64,000 nt of DNA from Chrysomallon squamiferum (taxonomy: Eukaryota; Animalia; Mollusca): NCBI GenBank assembly GCA_012295275.1, contig CM022677.1, forward strand, positions 28,215,299-28,279,298, in the 5' to 3' direction. The notes beneath the pieces were generated by a model. It was not told the DNA's origin, ran no database searches, and saw only the letters and a list, made by a program, of their open reading frames with translations. The stretch's first letter is position 1. Each line of letters begins with the position of its first letter. Of the stretch, positions 1 to 14,857 are shown piece by piece. A program made the translations under genes and the position numbers.

Positions 1-1381
1 TCGGAGTAGAACCAGAGCATTTCTGCTCGTATGTATTTATTTACACAGACACACACGTGTTTGTATTTATTTACACAGACACACACGTGTTTGTATTTAT
101 TTACACAGACACACACGTGTTTGTATTTATTTACACAGACACACATGTGTTTGTATTTATTTACACAGACACACAGACACACACGTGTTTGTATTTATTT
201 ACACACACAGACACGTGTTTGTATTTATTTACACAGACACACACGTGTTTGTATTTATTTACACAGACACACACGTGTTTGTATTTATTTACACAGACAC
301 ACACGTGTTTGTATTTATTTACACAGACACACACGTGTTTGTATTTATTTACACAGACATACGTGTGTTTGTATTTATTTACACAGACACACGTGTTTGT
401 ATTTATTTACACAGACACACACGTGTTTGTATTTATTTACACAGACACACACGTGTTTGTATTTATTTACACAGACACACACGTGTTTGTATTTATTTAC
501 ACAGACACACACGTGTTTGTATTTATTTACACAGACACACACGTGTTTGTATTTATTTACACAGACACACACGTGTTTGTATTTATTTACACAGACACAC
601 ACGTGTTTGTATTTATTTACACAGACACACACGTGTTTGTATTTATTTACGTGTTTTACACAGACACACACGTGTTTGTATTTATTTACACAGACACACA
701 CGTGTTTGTATTTATTTACACAGACACACATGTGTTTGTATTCTTTAACACAGATTAATTTTGTTTTGAATAAATTTATTTATAATGACACACACGTGTT
801 TGATTTATTTAAACAGACACACACGTGTTTGTATTTATTTACACATTGATTTTTTTTTTTTTTTTAATTTAGACATACATTCATGTTTTCATATTATTTA
901 TAATTATGGTTTACAGATTTATTTAGACACAAACACAAACACATACGTGTTTTTATTTATTTACACAGACACACATGTGTTTGTTTATCTGTGTTTGTTT
1001 CATTTAACAGATTAATTTTGTTTGTATGAATAAAATAATTATAATGACTTTCTATGTGCACCGAAAACTGACACATTACGTATGGATTGATTTTTTTGAT
1101 TTTTTAATGTTAGACATACATTTATATTCATATTATTATAATTATGGTTTACAGAACATTTAAAATGTGAATTATCTCTGTCACTGCACAGACACATACA
1201 TCTGTCTGTCTATCTGTGTTTGTTACATTTAACAGTGATTGCAAGTGTGAATCAAAAGTCAACTCTGAGTGCAGGCGAATAGTGAAACAAGTGGATCGGA
1301 GACAGTTATGTTCGTATGTACTTTTTATTTTTTAAATGTGAATTATCTCTGTCACTGCGTCTCTGCACTGTACCTGCGTTG

Positions 1382-1460
<79 letters not shown>

Positions 1461-1553
1461 AAGTGGATCGGAGACAGTTATGTTCGTATGTACTTTTTAG
1501 TTTTTAAATGTGAATTATCTCTGTCACTGCGTCTCTGCACTGTACCTGCGTTG

Positions 1554-1598
<45 letters not shown>

Positions 1599-1656
1599 AA
1601 GTGGATCGGAGACAGTAATGTTGTATGTGTGAATTATCTCTGTGCGTGTACCTGCG

Positions 1657-1696
<40 letters not shown>

Positions 1697-3412
1697 AAGT
1701 GGATCGGAGACAGTTATGTTCGTATGTACTTTTTAGTTTTTAAATGTGAATTATCTCTGTCACTGCGTCTCTGCACTGTACCTGCGTTGTCTTTCTGTGT
1801 GTGTGCGTGTGCGTGTGTGTGTGTGTGTGTACACATGTATATTTTTACATTAGTATATATATATATATTAAAACAGATACTTCGAGTGAACTATCAACAT
1901 TATCCAATTGACCTTGAAATTGATCTTGACCTTATTTGCATATAATATAGACACGCGCCCAGCTGTCAACACAGAAAATGAAAATAATGTATTGCTCCCG
2001 TAACATTTGAAAACAAATTTATATATAGTTGATCCCCCACTTGATGAAGATAAATAATTATGTATTGTATAGAGTATAAAGTATACTAAATATTATTTTT
2101 GATTTTAATTAGCAAAAGTGTAATAATGTAAAAACAATAGACGAATGAATTGTTTCTTGCCCCTAAAAGTTCACTGCAACTAACAACCCAACACCCCTAA
2201 CAAATATGGAATAAATTTCCCCGCCTTTTTGAAAGAGAGCAGCGGAACGTTCCATTATCGTATTGAAGGGGTTAATATGTTCATAAATAACGCTAAAATT
2301 TTATTAAATATGAAAAAAAAAAAATTCATACATAAGATAAATAGCATTAAACAAATTTAGATTTTGCATTTGCAAGTCAGTGATTACATAATGGCAATTA
2401 ATCGTCTTCTGAATTATACAAGCTATTTTTCACTACTGCAGACGAAATATCCGCCATTTTAGTGTTTGATCGCCGTGTGTTCGGTATGTCGGTTCAAAAA
2501 CTTTGCAAGTACTACGTCAGCCTTACATTATTTTGATCTAGAACCAATATATACTTGTTCAGAAGATATTTATTTACATAATAAAAATAGTGATATCAAC
2601 TTAATTACATTTTATTCCAGGAACATTTCATTTTCTCTTCTTTCCTCGAGCGATTACAGGTTAAAAATAACTCTGACGTTGTTTTCACTATGATCACGTG
2701 ATGCAAACAGGATTTTCCTTCAAAATGAATTGGTTTATTTGCATAATCTGTTGTTGGCCGCACACAATAATGGAAACGCGCGTGTCGATTAATTCACTGT
2801 TTTATTTGTTTTATATATCTAAAACACAGTATTAATAACAAAACAGAATTACAGTATTATATTTTAGCGAACTCCCTTGTATATATATAAATAAACAAAT
2901 GAGCATCTTGTTCTTATTTACCTTTCGTTTAACACCCAACAGCAGAAAATGTTTTTCAATCATTCATGTGTCTGTGTATGTATATGTACGTATGTATGTG
3001 TATATGTGTATGTATGTATGTGTGTGTGTGTGGGTGTATGTGTTTGTACGTGTGTATGGGTATATGTGTATGAATCTTTATGTATCTATGTGTATGTGTG
3101 TATGTATATGTGTATGTGTGTGTGTGTATGTGTGTGTACGTATGTGTGTATGTGTATGAATGTGTATGTATCTATGTGTATGTGTGTATGTATGTGTATT
3201 ATGGGTATGCATGTGTGTATGGTGTATGTGTGTATGTGTATGTATATGTGTGTATCTGTGTGTATATATTTGGGTATGTATGTGTATGTATGTGTGTGTA
3301 TGTGTGTGTATGTATATATGTATGTATGTATTTAAGTATGTATGTATGTATGTATGTATGTATGTATGTATGTATGTATGTATGTATGTATTTATGTATG
3401 TATGTATGTATG

Positions 3413-3446
<34 letters not shown>

Positions 3447-4876
3447 TGTATGTATGTATGTATGTTTGTGTGTATTTATGAATTAAAGAACGCACTGGCA
3501 CAGGAAATTCTTTTATTACTTAAAAAAATTAATCATTTTTTAATTTATCTCTAGGGATTCGATTTAACTTAAAACTGAGCATTGTAATGTTTATTACAGT
3601 GTGCTTTTCTCCTTTGTCTATATATTTATTATTTTGTTATCATATTTTTGAGAAAAACAATAATATACATGAAACCTTTTAAAACTATATGCAGAAGCGT
3701 TCAGACATGTTTAAAATTACATTTTATAGAGCAAGACAGTACATCTCTAAATCTATTTAAAACTATTTCAAAAACTTCCTAAAAAATGTTTGTGACATTT
3801 AATAACAATACCTTCTAGAAACCAATACTTTTCAAAAATATATTTAGAACTATTTTAAACATTATTCAGAAGATATTCATTCTCAAAGTCTGTAAAAAAA
3901 CGTAACATTTAAAAAACAACAACAACAAAAACCCATTCCAAAAAATTCGTAAAACATGACATATTCTTTGAAAACGTCTTAAAACGTTTCCGTACTTTTT
4001 ACTGAATTCATTTGTAAATCCTGTGGATAGGCGTATTACTCCTAAAATCACAAACAGACGAAAATGACTTGGGTTTGTTCTGTATATACATGTATAAAGT
4101 CTATACATTATGTATTACTCCATAAAATTCGCGAATAGACGAAAATGACTTGGGTTTGAACATGTATAAAGTCTATAAATGTATTGATGAACAGACGAAA
4201 ATGACTTGGGTTTGTTCTGTATATACATGTATAAAGTCTATACATTATGTATTACTCCATAAATCGCGAATAGACGAAAATGACTTGGGTTTTTTCTGTA
4301 TATATATATATGTATATGTATAAAGTCTATATATTATGTATTACTCCTAAAATCGCGAGCAGACTAAAATGACGTGTTTTCTCTGTATATACATGTATAA
4401 AGTCTATACATTATGTATTACTCCTAAAATCGCGAACAGACTAAAATGACTTGGGTTTGTTCTGTATATACATGAATAAAGTCTATATATTATGTATTAC
4501 TCCTAAAATCGCTAACAGACTAAAATGACTAGAACAGACTAAAATGATTTGGGTTTTCTCTGTATATACATGTATAAAGTCTGTATATTATGTATTACTC
4601 CTAAAATCACGAACAAACTTAAATGACTTGGGTTTTTTTCTGTATATACATGTATAAAGTCTATATATCATGTATTACTCCTAAAATCGCGAACAGACTA
4701 TAATGACTTGGGTATTTTTCTGTATATATATGTATAAAGTCTATATATTATGTATTACTCCTAAAATCGCTAACAGACTAAAATGACTTGTTTTTTTTAT
4801 CTGTATATATATGTATAAAGTCTATATATCATGTATTATTCCTAAAATGACTAGAACAAACTAAAATGACTTGTTT

Positions 4877-4970
<94 letters not shown>

Positions 4971-5076
4971 AAAGTCTATATATTATGTATTACTCCTAAA
5001 ATGACTAGAACAGGCTAAAATGACTAGAACAGACTAAAATGACTAGGTTTTTTCTGTAAGCTATATATATTTTTTT

Positions 5077-5132
<56 letters not shown>

Positions 5133-8100
5133 AAAGTCTATATATTATGTATTACTCCTAAAATGACTAGAACAGGCTAAAATGACTAGAACAGGCTAAA
5201 ATGACTAGAACAGACTAAAATGACTAGAACAGACTAAAATGACTTGGGTTTTCTCTGTATATACATGTATAAAGTCTGTATATTATGTATTACTCCTAAA
5301 ATGACTAGAACAGGCTAAAATGACTAGAACAGACTAAAATGACTTGGGTTTTCTCTGTATATACATGTATAAAGTCTGTATATTATGTATTACTCCTAAA
5401 ATCGCGAACAGACTTAAATGACTTGTGTTTTTTTCTGTATATACATGTATAAAGTCTATATATCATGTATTACTCATAAAATCGCGAACAGACTATAATG
5501 ACTTGGTTTTTTTTCTGTATATATATGTATAAAGTCTATATATTATGTATTACTCCTAAAATGACTAGAACAGGCTAAAATGACTAGAACAGACTAAAAT
5601 GACTAGGTTTTTTTCTGTAAGCTATGACGGGACGAGCTGTTACTGGATTTTTCATAGTAAAATAAAATACTTCATAATTTTACCAACGTGTGTCTGTCTG
5701 TGTATGTGTGTGTATGTGTATGTAGTTGTGTGTGTGTGTATGTGTGTATGTGTATGTGTGTGTGTGCGTTTGTGTGTGTATGTGTGTATGTGTATGTGTG
5801 TGTATGCGTGTGTGTGTATGTGTATGTGTGTGTATGTATGTGTGTGTATGTGTGTGTTTCTGTATGTGTGTGTGTATGCGTGTGTGTGTGTGTGTGTGTG
5901 TACGTGTGTGTGTGTATGTGTGTGTGTCTGTATGTGTGTGTGTATGTGTGTGTGTGTATGTGTGTACGTGTGTGTATATATTATGTGTGTATGTATATGT
6001 GAATGTGTTGTGTATATATGTCTGTGTGTATATTTTGTTTTACAAGGGAAGTAAACAAGTTCTTTGAGTGTTTCTCTAAAACAAACTGTGAAGGCTATGT
6101 CTGTATGTATATTTTGTTTTACAAGGGAAGTAAACAAGTTCTTTGAGTGTTTCTCTAAAACAAACTGTGAAGGTTATGGAAACTTGCAGGGCGTGGCTGT
6201 CTTACAGAGCCTGTTTCACTGTGGTAAGTTTTCATTTACCTACACTTCCTTAAGCATGTGTGTGCGTGTGTGTGAGTGTGTGTGAGTGTGTGTGTGAGTG
6301 TGTGTGTGCGTGTGTGTTTCTCTATTTATACTTGTACGTCTGTGTTTCTATGTGCATGTGTTCTTTTGAGTAGGTGTTTACATGTGTGTGTTTTCATGTA
6401 TGTGTGTTTACATGTGTGTGTTTCTGTATATGTTTGTTGTGTTTGTGTTTTCAAGCATTTGTTGTGTGTGCGTGTGTGTACGTGTGTGTTTGGATGTATG
6501 CATGTTTATGTATATGTCTGTAAATGTGTGTTTGTTTGTTAGTGTGTACATCTATATGTGTCTATCTGAGTGTATGTTAATGTGTCTATGTCTGTTTGTG
6601 TGTGTTTTCATGTGTATGTTTTCATGTGTGTGTGTTTTCATGTGTGTGTTTTCATGTGTGTGTTTTCATGTGTGTGTGTTTGCATGTATGTGTTTTCATG
6701 TGTGTGTTTTCATGTGTGTATGTTTGTATGTTTCTGTATATGTGAGTGTGTTTGTCTCTGTGTCTGGGTGTATACATTTGTGGGTGTGTTTGTCTCTGTG
6801 TCTGGGTGTATACATTTGTGGGTGTGTTTGTCTGTGTGTCTGGGTGTATACATTTGTGGGTGTGTTTGTCTCTGTGTCTGGGTGTATACATTTGTGGGTG
6901 TGTTTGTCTGTGTGTCTGGGTGTATACATTTGTGGGTGTGTTTGTCTGTGTGTCTGGGTGTATACATTTGTGGGTGTGTTTGTCTCTGTGTCTGGGTGTA
7001 TACATTTGTGGGTGTGTTTGTCTGTGTGTCTGGGTGTATACATTTGTGGGTGTGTTTGTCTGTGTGTCAGGGTGCTCATGATTGTTCGCTGATCAGTAGC
7101 AAACCTGATGTTGAATAACTCTGCATTTCTCAGTTTGACCAGATTCATTTCAAAATTTAGTTGTGCAATTTGCAAATTATAATTGGTAATTACTCATCAT
7201 CAGTGACTGTAGCATGTGAAGTATCAAATAAAGTAATTTTTGTGAAGATTATTTAATTTTTTAATTTGTTTATAACATAAAACGATTTGTGTTTCCTTCC
7301 TGTACTGTTCCTGAATGTGAAACTTGTCTAGTTTGAATATATCAGTAGATTTTAATACTAAACAGTTGTATTGATATTATTCAAAAATGTTTGGTTAGAT
7401 AATTATAACAATCATATATTATTTTCATTGCTTTGTTTGGGGTGAGTGTTGTTTTTGATGATGTTGCTATTATTGTAATTGTTTCTATTATAATCATTAT
7501 TAATATTATTACTATGATTATTATTTTTATTATTGTCACTGTTATTGTTATTATTGTTATTATTATGATTATTATTATTGTTATTATTATTCCACAGATA
7601 TGGGATGTAAGGCGACTGATTTTGCTTTCTGTTTAGTGGAATATAGTACAAAGGTCGTTGACACTTCACAACAATGTGGGTGAGTTGACACACATTTACA
7701 CATCTGTATCATTGACAATGCATTACATATGGAACATAGACAAAACAGATACCATATACAACACTGACAGTCCAAATATACAGATAGAATAGCAAACATG
7801 CAACAATAGATACCAGGCAGACAGCATAAATACAATAACACACTATTACTTCTACCAGGAAATACATAGATAGTAGATGTACAGATACCACACATATACT
7901 ACATATACCATATATACACCACAGACACAATATAGATCATTTGAAAAAAAAAACCAGAACATACCATACAGCCATGGAGATAGTATAGATACTGATTCTA
8001 ACAGATACACACATCACTAACACTGCATATACACATCACAAATACTGCAGTTATCACAAGACACTACATCTGTCATACACACGTCACTGACACTACAGTT

Positions 8101-10224
8101 ATCACAAGACACTACATCTGTCATACACACGTCACTGACACTACAGTTATCACAAGACACTACATCTATCATACACACATCACTAACACTACAGTTATCA
8201 CCACACACTACATCTACCAAACACACATCACTAACACTACAGTTATCACAAGACACTACATCTACCAAACACACATCACTAACACTACAGTTATCACAAG
8301 ACACTACATCTGTCATACACACGTCACTGACACTACAGTTATCACAAGACACTACATCTACCAAACACACATCACTAACACTACAGTTATCACAAGACAC
8401 TACATCTACCAAACACACATCACTAACACTACAGTTATCACAAGACACTACATCTATCATACACACGTCACTGACACTACAGTTATCACAAGACACTACA
8501 TCTATTATACACACATCACTGACACTACAGTTATCACAAGACACTACATCTACCATACACACATCACTAACACTACACTACAGTTATCACAAGACACTAC
8601 ATCTACCAAACACACATCACTAACACTACAGTTATCACAAGACACTACATCTGTCATACACACGTCACTGACACTACAGTTATCACAAGACACTACATCT
8701 ATTATACACACATCACTGACACTACAGTTATCACAAGACACTACATCTATCAAACACACATCACTGACACTACAGTTATCACAAGACACTACATCTACCA
8801 AACACACATCACTAACACTACAGTTATCACAAGACACTACATCTACCAAACACACATCACTAACACTACAGTTTCACAAGACACTACATCTGTCATACAC
8901 ACATCACTAACACTATAGTTATCACAAGACACTACATCTGTCATACACACATCACTAACACTATAGTTATCACAAGACTACATCTATCATACACACATCA
9001 CTAACACTACAGTTATCACAAGACACTACATCTGTCATACACACATCACTAACACTATAGTTATCACAAGACACTACATCTGTCATACACACATCACTGA
9101 CACTACAGTTATCACAAGACACTACATCTATCATACACACATCACTAACACTACAGTTATCACAACACACTACATCTGTCATACACACGTCACTGACACT
9201 ACATTTATCACAAGACACTACATCTACCAAACACACATCACTAACACTACAGTTATCACAAGACACTACATCTGTCATACACACATCACTGACACTACAG
9301 TTATCACAAGACACTACATCTATCATACACACATCACTAACACTACAGTTATCACCACACACTACATCTGTCATACACACATCACTAACACTACAGTTAT
9401 CACAAGACACTACATCTGTCATACACACATCACTATCACTATAGTTATCACAAGACACTACATCTGTCATACACATGTCACTATTAATGTGTATTACTAT
9501 TGAAATACACATTCATTTTACAGAGAAATATCACGTTTAGATGTTTCTATGTTTCTATTGTGTATTAACATTAACGTTAATGTTACAGGGAAATATCAGA
9601 TTTATATGTTACTATTGTGTATTAACATTAACGTTAATGTTACAGGGAAATATCAGATTTATATGTTACTATTGTGTATTAACATTAACGTTAATGTTAC
9701 AGGGAAATATCAGATTTATATGTTACTATTGTGTATTAATATTAAAATACACGTTAATGTTACAGGGAAATATCAGATTTAATAAACTGTATGCAGAGGA
9801 CTGGATGTGATGAGAAAACACAGGCAGTGGGTAGAAAGCTGGAGAAATTTCAGAAAGATAACTGTGATGTCGTTGTTAGTATGTACCAGTTTATGTCAAT
9901 TTCTCTGAGTGTGTGTGGGTCTGAGTGTGTGTGTGTCTGTGTGTGTATGTATAGTTATAATTAGATGATGAGGTATAAAACATATTAATTTCAGGTATAA
10001 CAACAAGCACCACAAAGGCTCCTGAACCAAGTGATGGTAAATAAACATTGTACATGATAAAAATAATACTTTTAATTACTTTAATAATACATGAATGTTA
10101 TATTGATACATTTGTAATAAATTACTATTTAATATAACAGAAAGTAAAAGTGAAATTAACGTGTTAAAAAAGTAAATGGTTGAAATGTAAGATTTCTCAG
10201 GATATTTTGTGTATGTGTGTGTTA

Positions 10225-10255
<31 letters not shown>

Positions 10256-10528
10256 TAATGAAGCTATTTTCTTTAGTTATTATTCTTTTAATTGTATGCA
10301 TATGTGTGGTATGTACACACACACACACACACACACACACATGCACACACACACAGATAACTGGATTAAAAATAATCTTTACTCAAAATAAGAATAAAAA
10401 TAAGCAAATACATAAACTCATATGTATATGTATATAAATACTTTTATTTTTAGCTCAGTCGCATTGCACACAGATCTCTGGTAACTGTCAGCGTTGTCAT
10501 GGTGACAGTAGTGATCGTTTTCTTGTAG
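1..10528 (+). CDS. 5'-truncated multi-exon gene: Cys6-repeat extracellular protein with Ser/Thr stalk and hydrophobic C-terminus (probable GPI anchor)
   Basis: Hand-spliced GT-AG exons in matching phase: <1-28 (GVEPEHFCS), 1236-1313 (DCKCESKVNSECRRIVKQVDRRQLCS), 6126-6223 (EVNKFFECFSKTNCEG..SLFHC), 7598-7679 (DMGCKATDFAFCLVEYSTKVVDTSQQCG), 9766-9878 (EISDLINCMQRTGCDEK..KDNCDVVV), 9995-10036 (SITTSTTKAPEPSD), last exon ~10454-10528 (..RIAHRSLVTVSVVMVTVVIVFL*). AATAAA at ~10553. The stalk-to-last-exon join needs a microexon (candidate 10141-10171) and is unresolved. Confidence 0.75.
30..850. repeat. 30-bp intronic minisatellite (TTTGTATTTATTTACACAGACACACACGTG)
   Basis: Near-perfect 30-bp period, about 25 copies; it generates the spurious ORFs at 31-849. 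Confidence 0.95.
1287..1830. repeat. Compound repeat: exon 3' end + donor site + (GT)n, 4 copies
   Basis: ACAAGTGGATCGGAGACAGTTATGTTC|GTATGT recurs at ~1287, ~1459, ~1597 (mutated) and ~1695, separated by (GT)n tracts. Confidence 0.9.
2965..3478. repeat. (GT)/(GTAT)n microsatellite
   Basis: Degenerate GT tract grading into (TATG)n. Confidence 0.95.
4035..5620. repeat. ~79-bp minisatellite with nested (AT)n expansions and a 19-bp sub-repeat
   Basis: Unit TATTACTCCTAAAATCGCGAACAGACTAAAATGACTTGGGTTT..CTGTATATACATGTATAAAGTCTATATATTATG; internal (AT)n at ~4883 and ~5082; AAAATGACTAGAACAGACT sub-duplications. Confidence 0.9.
6745..7069. repeat. 38-bp minisatellite following GT-rich tracts (5688-6030, 6255-6745)
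   Basis: GTGTGTTTGTCTCTGTGTCTGGGTGTATACATTTGTGG, about 8 copies. Confidence 0.9.
8008..9478. repeat. 48-bp intronic minisatellite
   Basis: ACACACATCACTAACACTACAGTTATCACAAGACACTACATCTGTCAT, about 30 copies; gives a 16-aa period in the minus-strand ORFs. Confidence 0.95.
9545..9781. repeat. 57-bp repeat made of a 3' splice site plus exon start, 4 copies
   Basis: GTTAATGTTACAG|GGAAATATCAGATTTA with AG ending at 9588, 9645, 9702 and 9765; only the last continues into the exon. Confidence 0.9.
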
Positions 10529-11139
10529 ACATTCAAATTATTTATGGTTGGTAATAAAATATTCATTTTTAACTTTTCATTCTTTTACTTCATCTTTTTC
10601 TTTTTTAAATTAATCTAGGTTCTTATTCACAGCAAAGTGAGATAATATCACAACCTTACAAGCAGAGATAATATCACAATAATATTAGAATCTGAGAAAT
10701 GTTCACTATTCCTCTCTCTCTTCACACACACACACACACACACACATACACGCATGTATACATATATCCCAGCACATTCACATAAAAACACTAAAGCAAC
10801 ATGGTGATTAAAAATCATGGTTATTACAAAATAATAATAGTAATAAAAAATAATAATAAATATGTATTTGAATACTACTCTATTTGAAATTTATCTTTAT
10901 ACATTATGTGCATACACATTGGCTTTTTACATCCATATGTACTTGGATACAAATTTGAATGAATCACTGAGAAATAGTCATATAAATAAATAAATGTAAA
11001 TAAATATATATATAGAGAGAGAAATGTAGAGAGATAAACATAGATAAAGAAACAGACTAAAAGATTAATTAATGTAAGCACTCTGTCATTTTTTATATTA
11101 AAATTAATTTGTTTCATATTTCTGATATATATGCATGTA

Positions 11140-11825
11140 TCTATGTATGTATGTATGTATGTATGTATGTATGTATGTATGTATGTATGTATGTATGTAT
11201 GTATGTATGTATGTATCTATGTATATATCTATGTATGTATGTATGTATGTATCTATGTATGTATCTATGTATGTATGTATGTATGTATGCATATGTCTAT
11301 GTATGTATGTATGTATGTATGTATGTATGTATGTATGTATGTATGTATGTGTGTATGTATGTATGTATGTGTGTGTGTATGTATGTATGTATGTATGTAT
11401 GTATGTATGTATGTATGTATGTATGTATGTATGTATGTGTATGTATGTATGTATGTATGTATGTATGTATGTATGTATGTATGTATGTATGTATGTATCT
11501 ATGTATGTATGTATGTATGTATGTATGTATGTATGTATGTATCTATGTATCTATGTATGTATGTATGTATGTATGTATGTATGTATGTATGTATGTATGT
11601 ATGTATGTATGTATGTATGTATGTATGTATGTATGTATGTATGTATGTATGTATGTATGTATGTATGTATGTATGTATGTATGTATCTATGTATGTATGT
11701 ATGTATGTATGTATGTACGTATGTATGTATCTATGTATCTATGTATGTATGTATGTATGTATATACGTATGTATGTATGTATCTATGTATGTATGTATGT
11801 ATGTATGTATGTGTGTATGTATGTA
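11140..11825. repeat. (TATG)n microsatellite
   Basis: About 680 bp of tetranucleotide repeat, intergenic. Confidence 0.97.
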
Positions 11826-12217
11826 GCTGTGTGTGGGTAGGTGAGTTTGTATGTGCTTGTTAATATATTTTTTGTTATATATTTTTTGTTTTATATTTTT
11901 TGTTTTATATTTTTTGTTTTATATATTTTGTTTTTCAGGATCCTGCTGCTAGTCAAAAAAGGACAAAAATACTGACAGTGCAGATTTTTTATACATATAT
12001 ATAAAATTCTAAACCTTACATAAACTTTCTTCTTGATTAAACTCTTAACTTTACTTTTTAATGTATATATCACACCATTTTAATCAAAACAGAAGAAAGT
12101 ACTAAGACATAACAATTACTGGTACAAATTTATGTTTTACTTTTTTTTAGTGGTTAAATAAAGTTTTGTTAACTTAGTGAAATTCTTTCTTGTTGTCTGT
12201 TTAAATGCAGTTTTGTC

Positions 12218-12430
12218 TAAACACCAGTGTCCATTACAGTTGTGACTAGACTGTCTAGTGGTCAGAAAACACCAGTGTCCATTACAGTTGTGACTAGACT
12301 GTCTAGTGGTCAGAAAACACCAGTGTCCATTACAGTTGTGACTAGATGTCTAGTGGTCAGTAAACACCAGTGTCCATTACAGTTGTGACTAGACAGTCTA
12401 GTGGTCAGAAAACACCAGTGTCCATTACAT
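12218..12430. repeat. 48-bp tandem repeat with internal hairpin, just upstream of the ATG at 12472
   Basis: AAACACCAGTGTCCATTACAGTTGTGACTAGACTGTCTAGTGGTCAGA x~4; ACTAGAC-T-GTCTAGT is an inverted repeat. Confidence 0.9.
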
Positions 12431-12471
12431 TAGGACTGGAATAATGTTAGGGAATTAACAACAAAGTGGTC

Positions 12472-13410
12472 ATGAATACGACATTTTTGTTTTGTGTGTT
12501 TTCGACTTTGGTAGTCGTAATGTTATGTGGAAGATTATTAACAATGTGTATGTGTGTGTGTGTGTGTGTATGTGTGTATGTGTGTGTGTGTATGTGTGTG
12601 TATATGTGTATGTGTATGTGTATGTGTGTGTGTGTATATGTGTGTGTGTATATGTGTGTGTGTATGTGTGTATTCTTAAATATATATGTGCATGCTGCAT
12701 CTTGATATGTTTATATTTTTGAAACAAGGAACCTAATTTGTATTGTTTGATAATGTGAGTGCTTAACTGTTTTTAAATATAAATAACCATACATAGAGAA
12801 TACTTGATGAAACAATAGAAACACTTGTTACAGTTTTATTTAACATAAACACTTGAGATAAGAGGTACTCTGTAGATAACAATTTTCATGTTAACAGTCC
12901 TTAGATATTATTCTGCCCTAAAACAATAGTTATTACAACTAAAAAAGTTGATATAAGGAATAACATTTGTATAAACAGACAGTAATGTTATTTCTGTGCA
13001 AAATCTTGAAAGATGAATTTTAACAGGTTTAATATTGTTTTAGCAGTACTCACTATTTTACTGGGTATGTATAAGAAAAACAGTATTTTCTCTATCTATA
13101 TTGTTTTAACAGTACTCACTGTTTTTATTGGGTATGTATAAGAAAAATAATATGTTCTATATTGACACATATTTCTCTTTAAACTCAGATTCTTTGAATT
13201 TGATTAATTTTTCTTGTCATCTCATCTCTCTCTCTCTCTCTGACATGTCACATCTCTGTCTTAGTGAAATATAATTACTCTTTTTATTATTTATTGTAAA
13301 CATAATTATTGTTATTAATTATTACTTATTATTATTGTTTGTTTTGCTTTGCTATTATATTCTTACTATTATTATTATTATTATTAAATTGCATTACTAT
13401 TATTAATATT

Positions 13411-13449
<39 letters not shown>

Positions 13450-14807
13450 AATTACAGCTGCTGAGTGCATTAATGGAACTTCTGTAACAACAGAGTTATC
13501 TCCACTTGATGTGTCTCTTGGAGAGCCATGGACATTGAAATGTGTTGTCTGTTTGTCTGGTGGGGATGTTCTGGGTGGGGTTAACGTCTATCACAAACCA
13601 GTGGGTAAAACTGTGTTTGAACCCATCACTAGAAACTGGAAGTCTGGAAACATTTCTGTCATCCAGCTAGATTTTCTTCTTCGGTCCAAACTGACATGGA
13701 CCAAAGACCAGTCTACTTTGAGTCTGGCGGTACGAGATCACTGGCCACGTGACAAAGGCGTGTACAGGTGTTCTGTGACAATTACAGGTAAAACAACACC
13801 TGTCACTGATGACAAACAATATCCAGGTAAATTTCATTGAATTTCAGTCATTAGATCATTTGAAAGATAGATGATAGATAGAGAGAGATAGATAGGTAGA
13901 CAGACAGACAACAGATAGGTGAATTGATATGCAGAAATGAAGATTAATAGATAATTACTAATCTAAATAGATAGACTAACAGACAGATTAACATAGATAA
14001 CAGATAGTTGGGTGGATTGGTGATGGATATAGACAGTGAGATGTCTAACAAATACATAGAGTCTTGCAGAGAAAAATACCAAAGAAAAAAGAATATATGT
14101 TAAACACATTAACTAGCAGACAATTAAGAAAGTTTCTCTTTTAATTTTGCAGCTCCGACTAAGCGAGGGGAGACAACTGTTACAACCTATTTGTTGCCAC
14201 ATGACATAAGAGCAGGACGTTCATGGATGCTGCAGTGTGCAGTCTGGCTCAACGACACAGACGTGTTCGAAGCACTTCACATTTACTACAAGCCACTGCA
14301 TAATATCTCGTTCCAACCAATTGCAAGAGTGACACTCAGTGGAAAACCTTTCATAAGTTGTGTTGACCTTGCTTTCCGAGCAAGTCTGACGTGGAATGAA
14401 GACGTCACTGTTTTGATCATGAACGTTGAGGACTACTCGGAACTGGACAGTGGTGTTTACAGATGTTCTCTCAAAGTAAAAGGAAATTCTGTCATCATGT
14501 ATCAAGATAAACTTCTGCAAGGTTTTTATATTTTGTTGCATTATTTTTAACTTCTCCTTGTGCTGTTTTTCTTTTCTTGTTTTTAAATTTTGAATTAATT
14601 TGGTTTTAAATTTTTTGTTTAGGTTATATGTAATATTATGATAAATTTTATGTTCTAGTCTAAAATTCAAATAATAAAAACAAACTGTTAAAAATAAATA
14701 AATACCCAAAGACTATTTCTGCTTTTGTAAACCATGACTATATTTTACTGATAGAGCACAATCCAGATTTTAAGCATCCACATTTGTTTTGTTTTTGTTT
14801 TTTGTTG

Positions 14808-14857
<50 letters not shown>

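Noticed and set aside
31-849. 272-aa and overlapping periodic ORFs
   Set aside because: Translation of a stop-free 30-bp minisatellite inside an intron; open in several frames.
2680-2790. CpG-rich patch with palindrome ATCACGTGAT (E-box) as a promoter
   Set aside because: It lies inside an intron of the first gene, and a short motif alone is not enough evidence.
5599-5690. YDGTSCYWIFH, resembling a C-type lectin N-terminus
   Set aside because: No remainder of a lectin domain, no convincing splice sites, and exons 1236-1313 and 6126-6223 already join correctly.
7070-7185. Possible exon after GTGTCAG
   Set aside because: All three frames hit a stop within 50 nt.
8017-9512. Minus-strand Cys/Asp-rich repeat ORFs (DVVSCDNCSVSDVC), superficially like metallothionein or antifreeze proteins
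   Set aside because: A 48-bp minisatellite within a + strand intron, broken by indels, with no signal peptide or splice support.
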